Positions 51,901 through 60,900 of a stretch of 63,967 nt of DNA are shown here, piece after piece. The notes below the pieces were generated by a model, which saw nothing but the letters and a program-made list of their open reading frames with translations, was not told the DNA's origin and made no database searches. The stretch is from NCBI GenBank assembly GCA_038087875.1, contig CM075997.1, forward strand, positions 186,034 through 250,000, read 5' to 3'. Numbering within the stretch: the first letter of the stretch is position 1; every line of letters starts with the position of its first letter. The stretch is from Malacoraja senta. Its lineage: Eukaryota. The translations under genes and the position numbers were made by a program.

Positions 51901-54900
51901 ATGAATCTGAATTGAAGGATGTTAGTGATGTACTGTGGAAAGTTTTCTTCCTTCCATCCAACTTCAGCATCAAACTCGCAAGATAGATGTAGATTAGCGG
52001 TAACTGCATTCACTCACAAAGGAGCTATATTCTTTCCCGGGCAGGCACTGCAAAGACAATGAATACAGCTCTGTCTATACTGTCCTGTCACATACACCCA
52101 GGGCACAGGTGGGTACTAAGGAAAGCTTATGCTGCATTATCCCATCACAGACTCTCAGTGCAAAACAGAAATGGTTAGACAAATAGTTCGTGTTCCCAAA
52201 AGCTTTAAGGTAGACAGGAAAACGTATGTTCCCTCATCATCCCATAACGTTCTCTGGGTTAGAACGTTGGATGGGTAAAAAACGGAGTGAAGCTTGCTCA
52301 TTAAACACCCTCAGGATAGGTACAAAATAAAGCTCTCTGTGTGCAGTGTAACTGAATAAAGGTAACGTTCAGATTACCAAATCTTGTGATGGAAAGATTC
52401 AACTCTGAATGGCTGGGGGCTTCCCCTTGTGCTTTCAGGCCCCCTTAGAATCCGTGAGAAAAATAAAATGGATTTTAATTCACTTGATAATCACGCCTTC
52501 CTATCACTGCAGAATGGAGACAGATGCTGAAATCACGCCGATGCCTTTACAGTGAGCCAGCCCGTTATGATAAGCACCCACAATCGGAAGTCCAGCATGA
52601 GGTTGATCTAACGTGGCAAGGAGCATCTCTAGATACTTCATCCTCCAGCTCCTGTTCGCAGGACAACGCTGACAGGCTCCAAGGCCGTACTCTCTACCTT
52701 ACTTTGTTGGAGGCGGCTGATTCGCGAGAACCTGAAGGATCCAGCCTCGACAACTTGGGTAACTATTTGAAAGAGTTTTAGCCTCAATTGGAGAAACTCT
52801 GGTCATAGTCGTGACTTATTATGTTGATGAAATAGCAGATGTTTCAGCAATTTTAAAAAAGTATGTCCTGATAGAAGATTTCTTTGAAGGGGAATAGCTT
52901 TGCTTATGTGCGCAGGTTTAAAAGCTATATTGCATGCAACGAAGTTTCAGAAAAGGTGATTCGCAATCGAAGAAAACAAAGGATGGTATAGGAAGGAACT
53001 GCAGATGCTACTTTACACCGAAAATAGACACAAAATGCTGGAGTGACTCAGTTGCCTCTCCTGCTGAGTTACTCTAGCATTTTGTGTCTATCTTCAGTGT
53101 AAACCAGCATCTGTAGTTCCTTCCTACACATTTCATACACTCCACTGCAAAATCTCCTCAAATTATGCCTACTTTGATGAAGTTCTCTTCCTCTGAGATG
53201 CTGCCTGGCCCGCTGAGTTACTCCAGAATTTTCTATATATAAAGGATGGAGATGGACTTGTATCAGTTGACTCTTAAGGTAAACCAGCAAAGATCAAGCA
53301 CAACAGCGTCCATTTTTGGAGGCCGCCAGGAGAATTAATGACTAACACTGCAGCAATATTTTCCAAAAGAAGCAGGATACGTTTCCCAGCAAAGTCCAGT
53401 GATACATAATGCAAGGGTAGATACACAGAACAAAGTTCAGTCATTGACTAGATCTACACATGACTCTTCCTTGGAAAGACAACCAACATAATCAAAGCCT
53501 TGTCCCACCCTGCTCATTCCTCCTCCACCGTGCTCCCATCCAGCAGAAGGTATAGAAGCCTGAAAGCACAGCTTCTTCCCCTCTGTTATCAGGCTTCTGA
53601 ACGGTCCTTCCATAAGCCAGGGTTCTGTTCCATTCATTTTTACCTCATTGTGGACATTGGATTTCCACATCAAGATGGGGATAACAGAGACAATGACAAA
53701 AGGCTTGGTTGAATTCAGAGGTTTTGAGGTGGAAAGAGATGTAGGGGAAATATTCAAACTCTTAGTAGTGCTAAACCAACTAACCGCAAGTAATCCTCCG
53801 TCAGTTTCGCCACCTCCAACGTGACCCCACCACTCGCCACATCTTCCCATCTCCCCCCATGTCTGCCTTCCGCAAAGACCGCTCCCTCCGTAACTCCCTT
53901 GTCAATTCTTCCCTTCCCTCCCGTACTACCCACTCCCCGGGCACTTTCCCTTGCAACCGCAAGAGATGCTACACTTGTCCCTTTACCTCCCCCCTCGACT
54001 CCATTCAAGGACCCAAGCAGTCGTTCCAAGTGCGACAGAGGTTCACCTGCATCTCCTCCAACCTCATCTATTACATCCACTGCTCTAGATGTCAGCTGAT
54101 CTACATCGGTGAGACCAAGCGGAGGCTTGGCGATCGTTTCGCCGAACACCTCCGCTCGGTCTGCAAAAACCAACCCGACCTCCCGGTGGCTCAGCACTTC
54201 AACTCCCCCTCCCATTCCGTATCCGACCTCTCTGTCCTGGGTCTCCTCCATGGCCAGAGCGAGCAACACCGGAAATTGGAGGAACAGCACCTCGTATTCC
54301 GCTTGGGGAGTCTGCATCCTGGGGGCATGAACATTGAATTCTCCCTATTTTGTTAGCCCCTGCTGTCTCCTCCCCTTCCTATCCCTCCCTCAGCCCTCAG
54401 GCTCCTCCTCCTTTTTCCTTTTTTCTCTTCGCCCCCCCCCCCCCACCCCCTATCAGTCTGAAGAAGGGTTTCGGCCCGAAACGTTGCCTATTTCCTTCGC
54501 TCCATAGATGCTGCTGCACCCGCTGAGTTTCTCCAGCACTTTTGTCTACCGTGTGATTCATTTGTTCAGGTGGATTGGAAAAAAATTGAAATTCCATGAT
54601 GTGTGTTTTTAGTTGTATCCACACTGAACAAACATTAATTAACTGTTTCTGTCCTTAGAATTTATGCAAACTTGCTGAGTATGAAAGGGTGCAATATTTT
54701 GTTGTGTTACAGTACTTGCACTTGTTTTGTGAAAGGAATGTGAATGAGAAGTTACCTGGGTTTTCCTGTCACATGTACAGGGAAGCACGAGATGCAAAAT
54801 GGCACTAAATATTCTTCTGAAATCGAGGAGAGGAAGATGGATTTTAGTCATGACTCCAGCTTATATGATCCACCAGCCAGTCCTCCATATCCAAGGTAAC

Positions 54901-57900
54901 AGGCAAACATTAACTCGATCTTTCTGCTGATTCACTTAGTCATTGAGTATGGAAACACTTTGGCCCAAGTTGCCCACGCCGACCAAGATGTCCCACCTAC
55001 ACTCGTCCCACCTGCCTACACTTGGCCCAAATTCCTCTATCCATGTACCTGTCCAAATGGTTCTTAAATGTTGCGATACTACATGCCTCAACGACCTTCT
55101 CCAGCAGCTTGTTCCATCCTATTAAATCTTTCCACCCTCACCTTAAGCCTATGTGGCTGCAAACCAAATGCCCTGTCAGAAAATGGCCGCAACACCACAG
55201 CAGCTGGCAAATCCACCCGTCAAATCTCCCAAACACTTACTCATATGAGGTGTTTATAAATCGGAAGGAGGACCTTTTGTTTGATAGTATTTCTGTGAAG
55301 TATTTAGGACATTTTGTAACACTGAAGATTCTGTGCAAATTATCATTATTGTAATAATTGTCCAAGGGCTGTTCACTCATCAGAGCATTGAAATGCCTTG
55401 CGTTAACCTAATGCTAATACGCACAGAAGTTTACTAACCCAAGGGTATAAATCTAATTACGGAGCACCTGTGCCTGCCATGACTCAGATTGTTCAAAGCA
55501 GCCCAGACCTCAGTTTCAAACTGTGTCCGGCTGTTTGGTATTAGCCGGCTACCTCATTCACACCCTCAACTTTCAATGTGACTGAAAGAGGATGTTGCTC
55601 GGACTCGAGGCCCTGAGCTCCAGGGAGAGGTTAGGTCGACAAGGACTTCATTCCTTGGAGCGCTGGAGGATGAGGTGTATAAAGGTGTATACGATCCTGA
55701 GGGGAATAGATAGGGTGAATTCCTCTTTTACCCAGGGTAGGGGAAGCAAGAACCAGAGCACATAGGTTCAAGGTGAGAGAGGAAAGATTTAATAGGTACC
55801 TGAGGGGCAACATTTTCACACAAAGGGAAGTGGGTATATGGATGGAAATGCCAGAGGAGGGAGGTACTATCACAGCATTTAAAAGACATTTGGACATGTA
55901 CATGGATAGGAAACGTTTAAAAGGATATAGGCCTAACATAGGGAGGTGTGAGTAGTGAGGATGGGGTATTATGGTTGGCATAAGCGAGTTGGGCCGAAGC
56001 GTCTGTTTTCATGCTGAATGACTATGATTCCATGACACTGTGTTAATAGTAGATGAACCTCAACAACACAAGGCGTGTTTATAGTGTTTGAATGTGTGGG
56101 CAAAGAAGGATGGTGATATTATAAGATTTAAAGACCTTAGCAATTCTGCCGTCTCACGTTTTGTTTTCTTGCAGTCTGAAGGATCAGAAGCTGGTTCACT
56201 ACCTCTCATCCCATGATGAAGACGATGAAATAGACCGGAGTCCTTGGCTTCCACAGGAGTACCCTCGAGGTGTGGAATATTCTTTCTTTCCTACTTGGTC
56301 CACCAAAAGTAAATTGTTTACATTAGCCATATTAAAAAATATGTATAAGAAGGAACTGCAGATGCTGTTTTTTTTTTTTTTGCTGGAGTAACTCAGCGGG
56401 ACAGGCAGCATCTCTGGAGAGAAGGAATGGGGTGACTTTTGGGAACTGAAGAAGGGTCTCGACACGAAACGTCACCCATTCCTTCTCTCCAGAGATGCTG
56501 CCTGTCCCGCTGAGTTATTCAGCTTTTTGTGTGTATCTACAGATTTTAAAAAGACCTCTGTTTATCTGCTAGTTTTGATAATTGAATAATTTTATAAATG
56601 ATTGGGTAGTATGGTTGTCAATAATACTTTAAGTGAACTGATTTGACGCTGGGTGAAAATTTGGGATACTGGAGATAACGGAAAATGTTAAAAAAAATTA
56701 AAAAATAGGTCAGTTTGATCTGTGGCCAGAGCAACAGATTTAACCTTTTAGTAAAATGTTCCTTTAGAAGTATATAAAATTATGAGAGGCTTTTGGGCAG
56801 TCACAGTGGTGCAGCGGTAGAGTTGCTGCATTACAGCGAATGCAGCGCCGGAGACCCGGGTTCCATCCCGACTACGGGTGCTGTCTGTACGGAGTTTGTA
56901 CATTCTCCCCGTGACCTGCGTGGGTTTTTTTTCCGAGATCTTCGGTATCCTCCCACACTCCAGACGTGCAGGTCTGTAGATTAATTGGCTTGGTAAATGT
57001 AAAAATTGTCCCGAGTCTGTGTAGGATAGTGTGAGTGTGCGGGGATCGCTGGTCGGCGCGGACCCGGTGGGCCGAAGGGCCTGTTTCCGCGCTGTATCTC
57101 TAAACTAAAACTAAATTAATAAAGTAGACAGTCAGAACTTTTTTTCCCCAGGGTAGAAATGTACAACACAAGAGGACAAAGGTATGAGGTTAGGGGGGGG
57201 GAAGTTTAATGGAGATGTGCGGGGCAGGTTGTTTTACACAGAGGGTGGTGGTGCCTGGAACGCCCTGCCAGGGGTGGTAGAGGCAGATACGATAGTGGTG
57301 TTTAAGAGGCTTTTATACAGTCACGGAAGTTCAGGAAATAAAGGGATCATGTACAGGCTGATGAGCTCAGTTTAATTTGACGTCATGTTCAGCACAAACA
57401 TTGTGGGTCGAAGAGCACATTCCTGTGTTGTACTATCCTGTTTATATCGTCTATTGTGAACAGTTAGGAATCTAAATTGTTTCCCTGTGTCACAATGTAT
57501 TCAGTGATACTTGTTCAACTAAGAGCCGTCAGTGAGGTGAACTCTCATTCCTGTAGTATCCTCTTGCTTCCTCACACAACGTTCTCATCCATTCTGTCAG
57601 CAGGCAGTTGCTTCATCGAACCCTAGCATCTTTACCCACTAACATTGTCCAAGAAGGTGGCCGCTCTCACCTCCGCAATCAAACAAGGATAGACATTAAA
57701 CGCCACCCCATCTAACCATGCCCACCCCTTGAAAAAAATGACAACAACTTTACAAACGGTGACATCTGGAGAGGACCATTTGTTGAATTTTTGTTTGAGC
57801 AATTGTCCAACATGCTTGTGTTTGTAATGCAAGCACAGGTGTTGCTTGCCTGCAACCTGCTCAACGCATGTTGTAATGAATATTCTGATGTCCTTCCTGC

Positions 57901-60900
57901 TGAAGCAAAAGCAGGTGGCAGAGGAATTTTAATCCCAACAGATGTAAAGTCTGGAACGTTGGATGGAGTAGTCTGTTCTATACAGTGGGCAAAGTACAAG
58001 TACAATAAGTGCAGAATGCAATAGGCAAAGTGACTCGGGAAGGTTCTTGTGCCATATCACATCTTCACGGTAAGCTCGACAGGTCGGGCAGCATCTCTGG
58101 AGAAGAAGAATAGGTGACGTTTCGGGTTGGAACCCTTCTTCAGACTTCTTAATCAGGAGAGGGGTTCTGACCTGAAACACCCACCTATTATTTTTCTCCA
58201 GAGATGCTGCCTATCACGCTGAGTTACTCCAGCATTGTGTGTCTATCTTCGGTATAAACCAGCATCTGCAGTTCCTTCCTACACATTCAGTTAGCTCAGC
58301 CTAATATTGCCATGATAGATATCACCACTGATAGAGCAATAATTCCTCAGTACATTGTGGTTTGCTGCAGAAGGCGTTCAGAGGCAAGGGTACTGTTCAT
58401 TCATGCCATTGAATTGAATACATTTTATTAGCCAAGTATGTATACATACAAGGAATTTGCCTTGGTGTTTTGCTCGCAAGTAACAACACGATATACAGTA
58501 GTCAATTAAAAATAAAACATTCTAATTTACACATGTGAAGAATGAAATAAAATACCAGAGCAAAAGGAGGCTACAGATTTTTCGTTATTGAGTAGAGCTA
58601 CTGGTTGTGGGGAAAAAAGCTGTTTTTATGTCTGGCTGTGGCGGCTTTGACAGTCCAGAGTTGCCTTTCAGAGAGAAGTGCTTCAAAGAGTTTGTGGCCA
58701 GGGTGAGAGGGGTCGGAGATGATCTTACCCGCTCCCTTGCTGGCCCTTGCAGTGTACAGTTCATTGATGGGGGGGAAGGTTGCAGCCAACAACCTTCTCA
58801 GCTGATCGAACGATTCGCTGCAGCCTCCAGATGTGGTGCTTGGTAGCTGAGCCAAACCAGACCATGTTGGAGAAGGTGAGAACAGACTCGAAGATGGCTG
58901 TATAAAACGGGACCATCATTGCCTGTGGCAGATTGTGTTTCCTCAACTGCTGCAGGAGTGCCATAGCTACCTTTCAGTGTCAGGATGCAGTATACCTGGT
59001 ATCCTGGTCAAAGTTCCCACCTCAATCAATGTTGATAAAGAAATATGTGTGCTGCTGTGAATCTTAGTGTGTTTCGTTACATAATAGTACTGAATGCAGC
59101 ATAAAATGAAGAACGATTTATATTGAAATATCCTGTTCCACCAAAGTCAGGCTTGTGGTTTGCTTTATCTTGAAAACTGAATCGCTGGCCTTGACATGTA
59201 AAGGCAAGTTCTTTCTTTCGAAGGTAAAATAGGAGGTTAGCTTACACTTGAACCAATATTGCTACTTCCTTTGTTACACCAACAAACAGTTTAAAAACTT
59301 CATCCTTTCTCCACCTCCGCACTGGCACATTCAAATGTGAAGATCCATTTTGGTGTCAGTAAAGGAATCACAATTGTTTCTCTGCATTCTTGAGCTAATG
59401 AGTATTAAGAATCCCTTTCCTAATCAGTATCCAGTTGAATCAGCTGAGAACATGAGGTCAGCTGTGAGCCTTCCAGAGTTGCGTATCCACTGATGTTCAC
59501 TGGGCTGTGGTATGCCCCAAGGCAAACCAAGTCAACCTTTTGGACGTGTCTGTGAACATATCAGCAACGTGAGACTTGCATGTACATAGCACCTTTTACA
59601 ATCATACAAGCATTTGCAATCATTACTTTTAATATATGTTGAAATGTCTTCCCAATCTGAAAGAGGTTTTTGAAGAGGCAACCAGGTGTATGAATGAGGG
59701 CAGAGCAGTAGATATGATTAACACGGACTTTATTTAGTAAGACCTTTCACATGTCCAAAAGATTAGGGCACATGGGATCCAAGGCAATTTAACTAACTGG
59801 ATCCAAAATTGACTCGGCGGTAGGAGACCGAGGATGGTCATATGTAATAGGAGCAGAGTTAGGCCATTCAGCCCATCAAGTCCACTCCATCATTCAATCA
59901 TGGCTGATCTATCTCTCCCTCCTAACCCCATTCTCCTGCCTTCTTCCCATAACCTCTGGCACCCCTGCCATGGACACCCCTGCCATGGACACCCCTGCCA
60001 TGGACACCCCTGCCATGGACACCCCTGCCATGGACACCCCTGCCATGGACACCCCTGCCATGGACACCCCTGCCATGGACACCCCTGCCATGGACACCCC
60101 TGCCATGGACACCCCTGCCATGGACACCCCTGCCATGGACACCCCTGCCATGGACACCCCTGCCATGGACACCCCTGCCATGGACACCCCTGCCATGGAC
60201 ACCCCTGCCATGGACACCCCTGCCATGGACACCCCTGCCATGGACACCCCTGCCATGGACACCCCTGCCATGGACACCCCTGCCATGGACACCCCTGCCA
60301 TGGACACCCCTGCCATGGACACCCCTGCCTGTCGTGGAGGATTACTGAGTGAATGGATGCCTGTTATTAGCGGAGTTACTCGGGTCTTTGCTGTTTTTGA
60401 TACACATGAATGATTTGGTTGTGGATGTAGGAGCCATGATCAGTAAGTTCACAGATGACACAAAGAGTTGTGGGGTGGTGGGTAGCGTGGATGGTAGTGA
60501 ACAGTGACATTGATGTGTTGGTGAAATCGACTGATAATTGGCAGTGGTTCAATACAGATAAATGGGAGCTGATGCATTTTAGCGGGTACCAATGGGGTGG
60601 GAGATTGCAACCTTCACGTGGTCCGCCCTGTTTCGACGAATGCGATCAACCCGGCGTGCACAATCAAATAAGATCAAGTAGAACAAATTGTCCCACAACT
60701 TTAGTCTGTGCACGCCGTACGCAAGAAGAGGAAGAGGTACCAACGAGGTTGTGACATGTACAGTCGTGGAGACATAGCGTCTTACAGCGTGGAAACAGAC
60801 CCTTCGGCCCAGCCGACCAACATGTCCCTGCTACACTAGTCCCACCGGCCCGCGTTTGGCCCATATCCCTCCAAACCTGTCCTATCCATGTACCTGTCTA

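Noticed and set aside
53859..54356. Stand-alone GIY-YIG homing endonuclease gene
   Set aside because: 5'-truncated Penelope retroelement fragment present in several decayed copies.
54659..54680. Alternative MEIOSIN acceptor gtccttag|AA
   Set aside because: In-frame TGA after six codons; the 54781 acceptor gives an open, phase-compatible exon.
59834..60413. (HGHPC)n, (MDTPA)n and (SMAGV)n ORFs resembling metal-binding repeat proteins
   Set aside because: Perfect 15-bp DNA array with no synonymous variation, embedded in CR1 debris.
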